Below are positions 35,695-47,594 of a stretch of DNA of 64,000 nt, piece after piece. Below the pieces are notes generated by a model, which did no database searches, had not been told where the DNA came from, and saw nothing but the letters and a program-made list of their open reading frames with translations. Where the stretch lies: assembly GCF_037042905.1 (NCBI RefSeq), contig NC_087252.1, positions 21,268,001 to 21,332,000 on the forward strand. The letters are read 5' to 3'. Source of the stretch: Lytechinus pictus (Eukaryota). A program made the translations under genes and the position numbers. Positions within the stretch are counted from its first letter, which is position 1; each line of letters begins with the position of its first letter.

Positions 35695-36254
35695 AGGGAT
35701 ACTCCGGGCTGAAGATATTTATATCTAAATAAAAAGAGTAATATGCTGAAAATTTGATCAAAATCGAATAACAAATAACGAAGTTAACAGTTCTAGCTAT
35801 GTCTTCATGAATATTCATTAGGTGGGCTGATGATCTCACATCCCCATTTTTCTTTTTCTTATGTTATTACATGAAATCATAATTGTTTCATTTTTTCACA
35901 AATGTGTAAATGATGTGTCTCCATTTTTATGAAATAAGTTGCAGCAAGAAATTATTAATGCACTTAATCAGTTGTTAATCCAATTATTTTAGTGCTTGGT
36001 AGAAAAAGTTTGAATAAACCTAATTATATGTAGTAAAATATGAAAGAACAAGTGAGGATATGACATCATCAGCCCACCTAATGAATATTCATGAATACAT
36101 ACATGCCTATAAATATTTTATCGGAATAATGCAAGTCTTTAAAATTCAATAACTTAGTTATCTGTTATCCGATTTTGATCAAATTTTCAGCATTTGCTTT
36201 GTGAATTATACTCTATTTATTGCTATATAAATATTTTCAGCCCAGAGCATCCCT
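35695..36254. mobile_element. Non-autonomous TIR element (MITE), Kolobok-like AGGG...CCCT termini
   Basis: AGGGATACTCCGGGCTGAA pairs with TTCAGCCCAGAGCATCCCT, and long subterminal IRs pair (TGCTGAAAATTTGATCAAAATCG / CGATTTTGATCAAATTTTCAGCA). Flanks are TTAA-like but imperfect. Confidence 0.8.
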
Positions 36255-36409
36255 TTATATAATTGCTAGATTTGTGATTGATTTGGGGATCCCAAATTGA
36301 CTTGCTATTGATTGCAAGTAACTGGCAACACCCAAATTAAAGCATTTTTTTCAAGGGAGTTCCATCAAATATACTGTGAATTTAAGTGTAAGTTCATGGA
36401 AATTTACCC

Positions 36410-36560
36410 TTATTAAGCTACACTCAACCCAGGTGAGGTGTATGGGTACCTGGTAGGAATTGATTACTTGAAACGCTGAGCGCGTAACAGCTGCATCTGC
36501 TAAAGCCAGGGTATTTACAATTTATTGGTATAGAGTGCTCAGAGACTTCTGATAAAATAA
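36410..36560 (+). mobile_element. SINE body/3' fragment
   Basis: CACTCAACCCAGGTGAGGTG.ATGGG core is shared with the tRNA-headed SINE at 62785-62930. Confidence 0.55.
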
Positions 36561-36562
36561 GT

Positions 36563-37920
36563 AAATAATAATAATAATAATTAACATCATTTATATAGCG
36601 CTTATCACAAAGAATGTCTCTAAGCGCTTAAGGAAAATACATTGGAAGACAAGAAATTTCAGCTAAAATCAAATTATACATCTTAACAGTTGAAAGTAGA
36701 CAGTTGAAGCCGCATATGCTAAGGACGATCTATTTAACGAAAAGATGAGTTTTTAACATAGATTTGAATTTGTCAGTTGAGTCTGCTTGTTTTATGCTCT
36801 GAGGAAGGTTGTTCCAAAGTTGAGGGGATGCTGAACAAAAAGATCGGGAACCATAAGACTGGGTGTTGATGGCAGGAACTTTTAAGAGTGATTTTTTGCA
36901 TGAGCGCAAGTTGCGGGAGGGTGAGTATTCTGATATTAATTGTTGAAGATAGACTGGAGCTGATTTTATCAAACATTGGAAAGTAAGCAAGAGGATCTTA
37001 AAATCAATTCGTTCACGAACCCTTAGCATATGAAGCTCCCTTAGCAGTGGAGTGACAGACTCACGTGAACGACGTTTAGCAATAAGCCTAGCTGCTGAAT
37101 TTTGTATTCTCTGCAGTTTGTTAATCTGTGTATCAGGTAGACCATACAGAAGACTGTTGCAAAAGTCAATGCGAGACATGACCAGTGCCTGAACAAGCCT
37201 CTGGGTGGTCTTTTTTGTAAGAAATTGACGGATGCTACCGATTTTATGCAACGCAAACGAGGCAGATCTGCATACGTTGTTCACATGGGTCTTTAGAGAC
37301 ATATTATTATCAAACATGACCCCTAGGTTTCTAGCAGCCGCAGAGCATTATATATCAGTACCATCAAAAGAAATATCGCCAATCGGACTACAAGTCCTAT
37401 GCCTACTCACAAAGTGTAAACATTCTGTTTTACGTTCATTTAACTTTAATCCATTCTGTATGGACCAATTCTTAATGTCTGTAAAACATGCACTGAGTCT
37501 TTGTAGCGCTACAGCGTGGTCCTCCTTCTTCAACACTAGGTAAATTTGAGTGTCATCTGCATAAGTCATACATGATATTCTATGGTGTTTGATGACATCC
37601 TCTAATGGAGATGAGAAGAGTGTAAATGCTATCGGACCGATGACGGACCCTTGAGGTACTCCGAAGTTAGAGAAGCTGACAATCGATTCAGAGCCATTTA
37701 CTAAAACAGACTGGGTTCTATTAGCGAGGTAAGAACGAAACCATTCCAGAGCTGAGTTGTCAAGTCCAAATCTTTCATGTAAACGACTTAGAAGGGCATC
37801 ATGACTCACCGTGTCAAAGGCTGCAGAATAGTCCAACAGCAACAGAATCGCTTCATCACCTTTATCGAGGGAAAGAAAGATATCGTTAGAAACTCTAAGC
37901 AAGGCAGTTTCACAACTAAG
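36563..37920 (-). mobile_element. 5'-truncated L2/CR1-group LINE (RT domain, 3' UTR and tail)
   Basis: RT motifs SCETALL, LLDYSAAFDTVSH, GVPQGSVIGP and YADDTQIY. A single in-frame stop at 37348 separates the two track ORFs. The 3' end reads AAGCGCTTAGAGAC...AAGCGCTATATAAAT followed by a (TAT)n tail. Confidence 0.92.
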
Positions 37921-37998
37921 TGTTATATAAGTAATTATAAATATTACAGCTTCATAGCCTTGAACTTGCATTCTGTTTCGTTTTAATTCCATCTGTGA

Positions 37999-40900
37999 TC
38001 AAGCGAGAACCATTACAATGATGGAACTAGTGATGACAATTATTAGGGCAGGCGCAAGTTTAACTGATGAAGAAAATAGAACAGATGTAGACTTAAAGCC
38101 GAGCGGATCCTTTGTCTTAGTGTGAAGAGATGATTCTGTCGACGCTGGTGTCGATGTAGAATCAAGTAGTTGTCCGGTGCGTGGATCCTTTGTCTTAGTG
38201 GTGAGATATGATTCTGTCGACCCTGGGGTAGATGTAGAATCGAAAGGTTTTTCGGTGCGTAGCTCATTTAACAGAGTGGTGAGATATGATTTTGTCGACG
38301 CTTGGGTTGATGTAGAATCAAGTAGTTGTTCGGTGTGTAGATCCGTTGTCTTAGTGGTGAGAGATGATTCAGTCGACACTGGGGTAGATGAAGAATCAAA
38401 TAGTTGTTCGGTGTGAAGATCCGTTGTCTTAGTAGGGGGATATGATTCTGTCGACGCTGATGCTGATGTAGAATTCAATAAATGTTCGGTGCGTAGCTCC
38501 TTTATCAGAGTGGTAAGAGATGATTTTGTCGACGCTGTTCTTGATGTAGAATTCAATAGCTGATCAGTGCGTAGCTCCTTTATCAGATTGGTGAGGTATG
38601 ATTCAGTTGACGCTGGGGTTGATGAAGAATCAAATAGTTGTTCGGTGTGTAGATCCGTTGTCTTAGTAGGGGGAGATGATTCTGTCGACGCTGATGCTGA
38701 TGTAGAATTCAATAAATGTTCGGTGCGTAGCTCCTTTATCAGAGTGGTAAGAGATGATTTTGTCGACGCTGTTCTTGATGTAGAATTCAATAGCTGATCA
38801 GTGCGTAGCTCCTTTATCAGATTGGTGAGGTATGATTCAGTCGACGCTGGGGTTGATGTAGAATCGAGTAGTTGTTCGGTGCGTATACCCTGTGTCTTAG
38901 TAGGGAGAGATGATTCTGTCGACGCTGGGACTGATGTAAAATCGAATATTTGTTCGGTGTGTGGATCCTTTGTCTTAGTGGCGAGAGATGACTCTGTCGA
39001 CGCTGGAGTTGATGTAGAATCGAATAGTTGTTCAGTGTGAGGATTCGTTGTTTTAGTGGGGAGTGATGATTCTGTCGACGCTGGTGCTGATGTAGAATTC
39101 AATAGCTGTTCGGTGCGTAGCTCCTTTATCAGAGTGGTGAGATATGATTCTGTTGACGCTGGGGTTGAGGTAGAATTGAATAGTTGTTCGGTGTGTACAT
39201 TCGTTGCCTTAGTAGGGAGAGATGATTCTGTCGACGCTGGGGTTGAGGTAGAATCCAAAAGTTGTTCGGTGACGAGATCACTTGTCATAGTGGGGAGAGG
39301 TGATTCTGTCGACGCTGGGGTTGAGGTAGAATCGAATAGTTGTTCGGTGACGAGATCACTTGTCATAGTGGGGAGAGGTGATTCTGTCGACGCTGGGGTT
39401 GAGGTAGAATCGAATAGTTGTTCAGTGAAGAGATCAATTGTCATAGTGGGGAGAGGTGATTCTGTCGACGCTGGGGTTGAGGTAGAATCAAATAGTTGTT
39501 CGGTGACGAGATCAATTGTCATAGTGGGGAGAGGTGATTCTGTCGACGGTGGAGTTGAGGTAGAATCAAATAGTTGTTCGGTGAAGAGATCAATTGTCAT
39601 AGTGGGGAGAGGTGATTCTGTCGACGGTGGAGTTGAGGTAGAATCAAATAGTTGTTCGGTGACGAGATCACTTGTCATAGTGGGGAGAGGTGATTCTGTC
39701 GACGCTGGGGTTGAGGTAGAATCGAATAGTTGTTCGGTGACGAGATCAATTGTCATAGTGGGGAGAGGTGATTCTGTCGACGCTGGAGTTGAGGTAGAAT
39801 CGAATAGTTGTTCAGTGAAGAGATCAATTGTCTTAGTGGGGAGAGGTGATTCTGTCGACGCTGGGGTTGAGGTAGAATCAAATAGTTGTTCGGTGACGAG
39901 ATCACTTGTCATAGTGGGGAGAGGTGATTCTGTCGACGCTGGGGTTGAGGTAGAATCGAATAGTTGTTCAGTGAAGAGATCAATTGTCATAGTGGGGAGA
40001 GGTGATTCTGTCGACGCTGGGGTTGAGGTAGAATCAAATAGTTGTTCGGTGACGAGATCAATTGTCATAGTGGGGAGAGGTGATTCTGTCGACGGTGGAG
40101 TTGAGGTAGAATCAAATAGTTGTTCGGTGAAGAGATCAATTGTCATAGTGGGGAGAGGTGATTCTGTCGACGGTGGAGTTGAGGTAGAATCAAATAGTTG
40201 TTCGGTGACGAGATCACTTGTCATAGTGGGGAGAGGTGATTCTGTCGACGCTGGGGTTGAGGTAGAATCGAATAGTTGTTCGGTGACGAGATCAATTGTC
40301 ATAGTGGGGAGAGGTGATTCTGTCGACGCTGGGGTTGAGGTAGAATCGAATAGTTGTTCAGTGAAGAGATCAATTGTCATAGTGGGGAGAGGTGATTCTG
40401 TCGACGCTGGGGTTGAGGTAGAATCAAATAGTTGTTCGGTGACGAGATCAATTGTCTTAGTGGGGAGAGGTGATTCCATCGACGCTGGAGTTGAGGTAGA
40501 ATCGAATAGTTGTTCGGTGAAGAGATCAATTGTCTTAGTGGGGAGAGGTGATTCCATCGACGCTGGGGTTGAGGTAGAATCGAATAGTTGTTCGGTGAAG
40601 AGATCAATTGTCTTAGTGGGGAGAGGTGATTCCATCGACGCTGGAGTTGAGGTAGAATCGAATAGTTGTTCGGTGACGAGATCAATTGTCTTAGTGGGGA
40701 GAGGTGATTCCATCGACGCTGGAGTTGAGGTAGAATCGAATAGTTGTTCAGTGGAGAGATCAATTGTCTTAGTGGGGAGAGGTGATTCTGTCGACGCTGG
40801 GGTTGAGGTGAAATCGAATAGTTGTTCGGTGAAGAGATCAATTGTCTTAGTGGGGAGAGGTGAGTCTGTCGACGCTGGGGTTGAGGTAGAATCAAATAGT

Positions 40901-41241
40901 TGTTCGGTGAAGAGATCAATTGTCTTAGTGGGGAGAGGTGAGTCTGTCGACGCTGGGGTTGAGGTAGAATCAAATAGTTGCTCGGTGAAGAGATCAATTG
41001 TCTTAGTGGGGAGAGGTGAGTCTGTCGACGCTGGGGTTGTTGTAGAATCCGATAGTTGTTCGGTGAAGAGATCGTTTGAGGTTGAGGTAGAATTGACACT
41101 GAGTTGAGATGAGTTGCAAGCATCATCGTAGAGTAACGTTACAGTCTCTCCAGTATTAGCAACCACCATTACTGAGTGTTCATTTGAAGCCTCTGTGGAG
41201 AGAATCACCACAAGAATGTACACTGCCAAACCAAGAGCCAC
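37999..41241 (-). CDS. Mucin-like Ser/Thr/Pro-rich membrane protein, paralogue of the Ig-domain receptors (start uncertain; possibly a pseudogene)
   Basis: Hydrophobic signal-like N-terminus, remnant VVANTGETVTL (cf. IVANPGENITL), about 38 repeats of 26 aa, and a C-terminal hydrophobic segment. There is no in-frame ATG before the signal peptide within this exon (start is GTG). Confidence 0.65.
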   Translation of the reverse strand: MALGLAVYILVVILSTEASNEHSVMVVANTGETVTLLYDDACNSSQLSVNSTSTSNDLFTEQLSDSTTTPASTDSPLPTKTIDLFTEQLFDSTSTPASTDSPLPTKTIDLFTEQLFDSTSTPASTDSPLPTKTIDLFTEQLFDFTSTPASTESPLPTKTIDLSTEQLFDSTSTPASMESPLPTKTIDLVTEQLFDSTSTPASMESPLPTKTIDLFTEQLFDSTSTPASMESPLPTKTIDLFTEQLFDSTSTPASMESPLPTKTIDLVTEQLFDSTSTPASTESPLPTMTIDLFTEQLFDSTSTPASTESPLPTMTIDLVTEQLFDSTSTPASTESPLPTMTSDLVTEQLFDSTSTPPSTESPLPTMTIDLFTEQLFDSTSTPPSTESPLPTMTIDLVTEQLFDSTSTPASTESPLPTMTIDLFTEQLFDSTSTPASTESPLPTMTSDLVTEQLFDSTSTPASTESPLPTKTIDLFTEQLFDSTSTPASTESPLPTMTIDLVTEQLFDSTSTPASTESPLPTMTSDLVTEQLFDSTSTPPSTESPLPTMTIDLFTEQLFDSTSTPPSTESPLPTMTIDLVTEQLFDSTSTPASTESPLPTMTIDLFTEQLFDSTSTPASTESPLPTMTSDLVTEQLFDSTSTPASTESPLPTMTSDLVTEQLLDSTSTPASTESSLPTKATNVHTEQLFNSTSTPASTESYLTTLIKELRTEQLLNSTSAPASTESSLPTKTTNPHTEQLFDSTSTPASTESSLATKTKDPHTEQIFDFTSVPASTESSLPTKTQGIRTEQLLDSTSTPASTESYLTNLIKELRTDQLLNSTSRTASTKSSLTTLIKELRTEHLLNSTSASASTESSPPTKTTDLHTEQLFDSSSTPASTESYLTNLIKELRTDQLLNSTSRTASTKSSLTTLIKELRTEHLLNSTSASASTESYPPTKTTDLHTEQLFDSSSTPVSTESSLTTKTTDLHTEQLLDSTSTQASTKSYLTTLLNELRTEKPFDSTSTPGSTESYLTTKTKDPRTGQLLDSTSTPASTESSLHTKTKDPLGFKSTSVLFSSSVKLAPALIIVITSSIIVMVLA
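38100..41075. repeat. 78-bp coding tandem repeat (TEQLFDSTSTPASTESPLPTMTIDLF), ~38 copies
   Basis: Visible 78-bp period with higher-order 546-bp (7-unit) and 234-bp (3-unit) duplications. Confidence 0.95.
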
Positions 41242-44200
41242 ATTTGTGGTGTTTTTCGAATTCGTCTCTTTCTAACTCAAAAAGTTTTACCAACTGAATT
41301 TGGGGCATACGTGCTCTTGTCTATATATATATTCTTTAATATAAAATTTGAATCGTTTTTTTCAGAATTTCAACCCATAGTTTCGAGTTCCTTGTCCACG
41401 CTTGATGCTAAAAGAAGTAAGTTTCAGTTTTGGTCAGAATTCTTTCCACACCTTGCATGTTATGTATTTAAAAATTCATTCAGAGAAATTAAAAGAAAAT
41501 ATTTTTGTAATGTACAAAGGACAATTTTAGTATATACTTTTGTTTATTTTGTTTAACATGACTGTATGAGCATGACTGGTATTCAACCATTTCTTTGTTT
41601 TCACCTGTAAGTGTATGAATGATATTTGTAAGATCTTAATTGTATTGATATATATTATTGATATTCAAATGAATATCAATATATACGAATCGACCTCGAT
41701 GTAATTCTCTAACACTTATGAAACCTTTGAAACGTTTTAAGATGGAGCTTGTGAATAAAAGAAAACTTCAGAAAATGCGTTTTTGTGTTTCGAAATGGAA
41801 AATGAAAACACAATATTGAACGTCAATAATCTATATAGGTAGTAACACATGTTTTTTTTATTTGAAAACGAAAAAAGCAAAACCGAAATATTGAGTTATG
41901 ATTTTGAGATTTTTAACAAAAGATAATTAAAAATAAGTAATCAATTATTTTTATCGAGAATGAAACATGGAAAGTCAAACATTTGAAAAAAATATATTTT
42001 TTGGTTTTCTAAGAATCACATTAAAAAACTTTCTTTTTATATAATAGATAAACCACATTTTCTGTTTTTTTATGTTTAAAAAATGGTAAACACTTATTTG
42101 CAATTAACCTTTATTTTCGCTTTCACAAAACAGAAAAATAGACACCTCTTTCAATTTTCTTCTTCTGTTTTTGCTATTTTCCTTTGGAAGAAAGAGAATA
42201 TTGAACGCCTCGTCTGATTTGCTTTTCTTTTTCTGAAGGTTCCTTGTTAAAAGGTAATTAGTTGTCGCCATTCATAATGCACATAATAGAGTATACAGGG
42301 GTCTATGGCGGCCATTTTGAATATCAAGAAAATAAATATTTTCAAATTTTTTTTTTTTTTTCAGAGAGAAGCTCCTGCCACACAATTAACTGTATTTCAT
42401 AGCTAATGTGCGGGCGATTTTATGATTTTCACGGGTAATTTGCATATTTGAGCGGCCATATTGGATTTTGCCAATTTGCGGAATATGATCAAGGTTGCAC
42501 GAGTGGCATCATTTAGATTCGTAATTAGCACCCCCTCAGCAACATCAAAGAATATTGTATATACGGAAAAACAAGGACATGCCTCTTCTAGCCTGGACTC
42601 AACAAAAATAAGAGGAGATAGAATAAAAGAGGAAGAAGAAGAGTTGGGGGAGAACAGGAACATGATAACAAATAAAAGGAGAAGGGAAAATAAGGAAAAG
42701 GGGAAATGAAATAATTCACCATTAAAAAATAGGTTGACGAATAGGCCTAAAATTATTCACTCGAGATCCTCACTCGCTATTATTGTTTCAGTCACAACTC
42801 AGAACGATTCGTAGCCTGCTCGGGTTCCGCAGAAATTTAGGCATCGCCCAACGATTTTTACAGAATACAGAATATAGGAGTAATTATCAAATTTCCAAAC
42901 TATCTAATGCCTTCATAATTATTAAAAGAACATTCCTTGAAAACGTTTCTTTTCGCTTCCTCTATGCTGCTATCTTCCAACTATTTTTAACAAACCAAGA
43001 ACTAAGTTTCTGTTTCTACTCGCTATGCTGCTATCTCCCCACTATAATATTTAACAGACCAAGAACTAAGTTTCTGTTTCTACCCGCCGCTGCCAACTAA
43101 ACACAACCGAAAACTGAGGAAAAAGGAAGGGAGCAAAATAATCCTGGACTTATCAAGAGGAAAAAAGAAAGCTAAAGCGGTATACAAAATTACTATTACT
43201 ACTATTTTGAGACCTCTATTGTTATGATTAGAATTGATTTTTGCTATATATGACACCCCCTTCTTAATTAAAAAAAAAACTCAGAGATGGTTGTGGCCCT
43301 TCCATTGGCTGTGCAAAAAGGGAGGAGGTGAAAGAAAAAAAAGGACAAATATCCAAAGAGGACATTACTATATGAAACGAAAAGATGTAAAAAAATAAGA
43401 GGAGGAAGAAAAGAGAATAAAATAAGAGACGGGGAATAATTGAAATATATTAAAACAAACAAAACTTTGAATTCCCAATTTTCCTCGTACTTCGTGCCTG
43501 GTTATAAGATACATGTCCTGCTCAAAAGGATTACATGGGACTAAAAATATCTCGTTTTCAAGACAATATACCAAAAATATTTTGCTCCCGATTCGAGTTT
43601 TCACATTATGTTTAGCGAGATTTGCAAGCTCACGCTTCGCGGTCGCCGCATCAATTATGTAGTTAATACGCTTCCTGTATATGATTAAAGGGCATATAAT
43701 ATTCAGTTTCAACATGGTCTAAGTCTCTCTCCGCATCAGCTTGCGCTTCGCGCTGACATTATTGACTGAGATATGCATCTTTTCTTTATCAAACACATGT
43801 TTACAATTTCTAGTTTTGGGCTTAGAATATTTAGAAAATGTCAGCTCACGCTTGGCTTGCATCAATTCTTTACTAAAATACATATCCTGTTCATATTTTT
43901 AAAAATGATAAGAATGTCTCGTTTTAATTTCTAAAAAAAATCAGCTGGCGCTTCGTGCCTCCACTGGCTTTTTTTTAAGAGTAGGCCTAAAAGTGTTCTG
44001 TTTTAAAGCTTTTAGATACTCGAGCAGCCGGAAATGTGGATGACCCCCCCCCCCTCCTGGGACAAGGCTGGATCCGCCTCTGAACATTCACAAATCGTAC
44101 CGTATCACTTTACAATTCCGTCTGACGGGCTTGTAATATTATGTCACCTTCCCCCCTCCTTACAACAAAAATACCGCTGCAAGACCACGGTCTCGAACTC

Positions 44201-44652
44201 GATTACACCTGCCCCAAATGCAACAATGAAACTAAAAATGAATACCCTTTTTCATTAAAAGAGAAGTACATTTTGCTGTCTCTCTTCGCTCGCTTGCTCG
44301 CCAAAATGAAACCAATATCACCTTTAAGATAATCATGCACATCCCGGATGCATTTTATGAAATCCATTCTAAACAAAATACAGAGTATGTTAACGGATAC
44401 ACGTTTCATTGGTCGCAAATGTCCAGTCCATCCCCAGAAAAATGTTGATTTGAATCAATAAAGAAAAGTCAAAAACACATAACGCTGCAAATTTCTTTTG
44501 AAATCAAATGGGAAATTAGAAAGTTTTGGCATTTAAAGTTTCACCTGTTTTTCACAAAGCAGGTATATAATTTATGCAAAACTCAGTAGTATAGTATAGT
44601 ATTTATTTTCCGAATGAAAAAAAACTAAAACGGATGGATAGCCCATATTCGT

Positions 44653-45160
44653 GTTTTTGTCTAACCTGCATATATAGCAGAGTGAGACTATAGGCGCCGC
44701 TTTTCCAACGGCAGCGTCAACACAAAATCTTAACCGAAGTTTAAGTTTTTAAAATGACAGTATAACTTAGAAAGTATATAAACCTAGTTCTTGAAACTTG
44801 GCCATAAGGTTAATCAACTATTACTAAACATCCTGCCTGAGTTTCAGGTCACATGACCAAGGTCAAATGTCATTTAGGGTCAATGAACTTAGACCATGTT
44901 GGGGGAATCAACATCAAAATCTTAACCTAAGATTAAGTTTTTGAAATGTCATCATAACTTAGAAAATATATAGACCTAGTTCATGAAACTTAAACATAAG
45001 AGTAATTAAGTATCACTGAACATCCGGTGCGAATTTCAGGTCACATGACCAAGGTCAAAGGTCAATGAACTTTGGCCATGTTGGGGTATCTGTTGAATTA
45101 CCATCAAAACTTTAAACGTTTAAAATTCATGACACTTATACATAAGAGTAATCAAGTACC
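44653..45160 (+). mobile_element. Non-autonomous element with ~190-bp internal tandem repeats (DINE-1/pearl/Helentron-associated-like)
   Basis: T-run, then a short IR GTCTAACCTGC..GCAGAGTGAGAC, then ~2.5 repeats containing TCAGGTCACATGACCAAGGTCAAA. Confidence 0.55.
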
Positions 45161-46699
45161 CAAATGTGCCCCCCCCCCCTTATCTGTACGTATCTCGTCA
45201 TGTCGGTACGTAACTTTTGTTTCAAGTCGACTTTACCAAATACTGTATCTAGTCATAACAACATAATAAGGCTATTTATATCTCATCATGTCGACACAAA
45301 ACTTTGTAGAAGTCGACTTCGGAAGATAATGTATATCGTCGTGTCAACAGAATACAGCTATTTTGTTAGTCTTCATAAACATTACATAGTCCTATTCCAC
45401 CAAGTCGAGAAAATAACGCTATGAAGTAGATATGACACGAAAAGTAATATATCTCCATCTATTCAAGTATAGATTAAATATTCCATACGTATTGCCAATA
45501 TGCAGGTCGATCTTTGGCGCTCTCAGGCACGGATGGTGGAATGGCTCAATGTCATCAAACCAGAAAGTTAAAGACTACCCTCTATCGGTGGATTAAGGTA
45601 TTTTCAGATCAATTTATACAACAGAAGCAAACCGTTTTAATACCTAGGATTGGCTAGGAATGATATTGTCTAATTATATTTCCATTTCATTTTCTTATTT
45701 CTTAATAATATATCAATTTGTAATCGTAATACGAAGGCCTAGTTGAGATATTAAGGAACAAAATAAATGACAATATTCGGAAAAAATTGCATCCCAAGAC
45801 CCCCCAAAAATGAAAGCGAAAATTATACATGTATTATCGTACCTTAATCACAAAAATACAGACAAATGAACCATCATTGTTAAGCTTATATATACAATTC
45901 CTTCTTCCATCTGATATAACGTACATTATTGCTCTATCGCGTGTAAATGAGCAAAAACAAATTTACTTAATGATACTAAAAATTCACTTGACAGACAGCA
46001 TCTGAATTTCAGGAAAAAGGAAAACGTTTAATACATGCAAATCAACATGCCTCAAATCCTCAATCAAAGAAAATTATAAAGGAATAACGAAGATCTGTTT
46101 CTTTCACATAATGCTAGAATTTCAATAACTTAGTAAATGAAGACATTTTACATTCATTTTCAAAATAACATGTTTATGTTCAATGTTCTGTTTGTTGTAC
46201 TTCGTTTTGGAAAAAGAAAAAAAAAACGAGTATACGTTTATCAAGTTCCTTGATTCACAAGACGTGTCGCAAAACGTCTTGTGAATCAAGGAACTTAAAA
46301 CAAAATATACACGTTTTTTTTTACCTTTCATTGACCTTTGACCTTAGTTATTCTTGAACTTGTTTAGCTTTTCAGTGATTTCAAAGTGCATAAGTCTGCA
46401 CGAGTTAATGTATATAGTATCATTATTGGTTGATTAATTTTCTTGTGTGTTACTTTATTTAAATATATTTAGTGAATGTATTCAACGTGTTATACCTTTA
46501 GGTTAAGTTGAATTTAGTAGAAGAATAAATCTAATCCTCTTAGTGTAAATAGTAAGTGTGAGAGAGTGAGTGAAAGTACAGTGGACAATTGAGTACATTT
46601 TTCTGGTTTCACTCACTTTTCAAAATGACCTTTGTAATCTATTTATATACATTTTTTTTCTAAATGATGAGAGGAGCCTCATTTTCCAAAGAAAGGGGA

Positions 46700-47334
46700 T
46701 GTTATGTAGTATGTATTTAACTTCCTGATATCCTTTCAGTCATTCACCTTCACTTGTTTACAAACTCCCCCAATGTCATCTAAGAATTCCCTAACCCCCA
46801 ATACCATGTAACTCATAAACCTTCACCATAAAAAGACCAACCCTCAGTGACGTCAGCTAACTTCAAGGAAGAAGTATGACTCACACTTCCAGCCCCAGTC
46901 ACTTGCACAGAGCATCACCACACCCCTTATACCAAAGAAAGTTTAATAGACAGTTACCTGTAGACCAATCAGAACAAGTTTAGATCACTCCCACCTTAAA
47001 TTGTTACACCCCCCCCAAACTAATGATATAAATAAGACTTCTTGATTATTAGAGGATATAGAATATACAGAAGAATACTTGACCCACACTTATCCAGATA
47101 GACTGACTGACTTCAAGACTTAGACGTCCATTTTATCTGAACTTCACAATCTCAATCTTATACTTCTAAATTATTTTATATTCATCGTCTCTTGTTATAT
47201 CTGAATCTTCATGTACTTCGAACTGTAGCTGAATATTGATGATTAAATACCCAGTGATTTGAACTGTATAACTTTCTCCAAGTTTCTTCATTACGCTTCC
47301 CTTCTATATTATAATTAATGATCCCAACACGACA
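46700..47334 (+). mobile_element. Solo LTR, copy A
   Basis: TGTTATGT...ACACGACA termini with internal CCAAT and TATAAA. High identity to 49704-50333. Flanks GGGA/CATG do not match. Confidence 0.82.
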
Positions 47335-47339
47335 CATGT

Positions 47340-47594
47340 ACCATGTGGCATAATTACACTAAAGTGTTACTTGTGCAAAATGAATGAGAAGAAAATGGGT
47401 ATTAGGCCAGCTGGTTATTAGACGAAATGGTAATGGACGAAATGGTGAATATACGAAGTGATGATCATACCAAATGGTTATTGGACCAGATGGTTGTTAG
47501 GAGAAAATTTGTTGGACGAAGTGACATTAGACTAAATAAAAGTAGACCATGTGATGTGTCGACGAGTTGGCAGTGGACGAATTGGCAATTTACC
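47340..47594. repeat. Degenerate short-period repeat element (GACGAAATGGT-like units)
   Basis: Recurrent (T/G)AGAC(C/G)AA(A/G)TGG motifs at roughly 15-17 bp spacing. Confidence 0.5.

Noticed and set aside
39056..41107. 683-aa plus-strand ORF (and 40377-41126 on the minus strand)
   Set aside because: Antisense or alternate-frame shadow of the 78-bp repeat. Only the 1080-aa minus-strand frame has a signal peptide, TM segment and paralogues.
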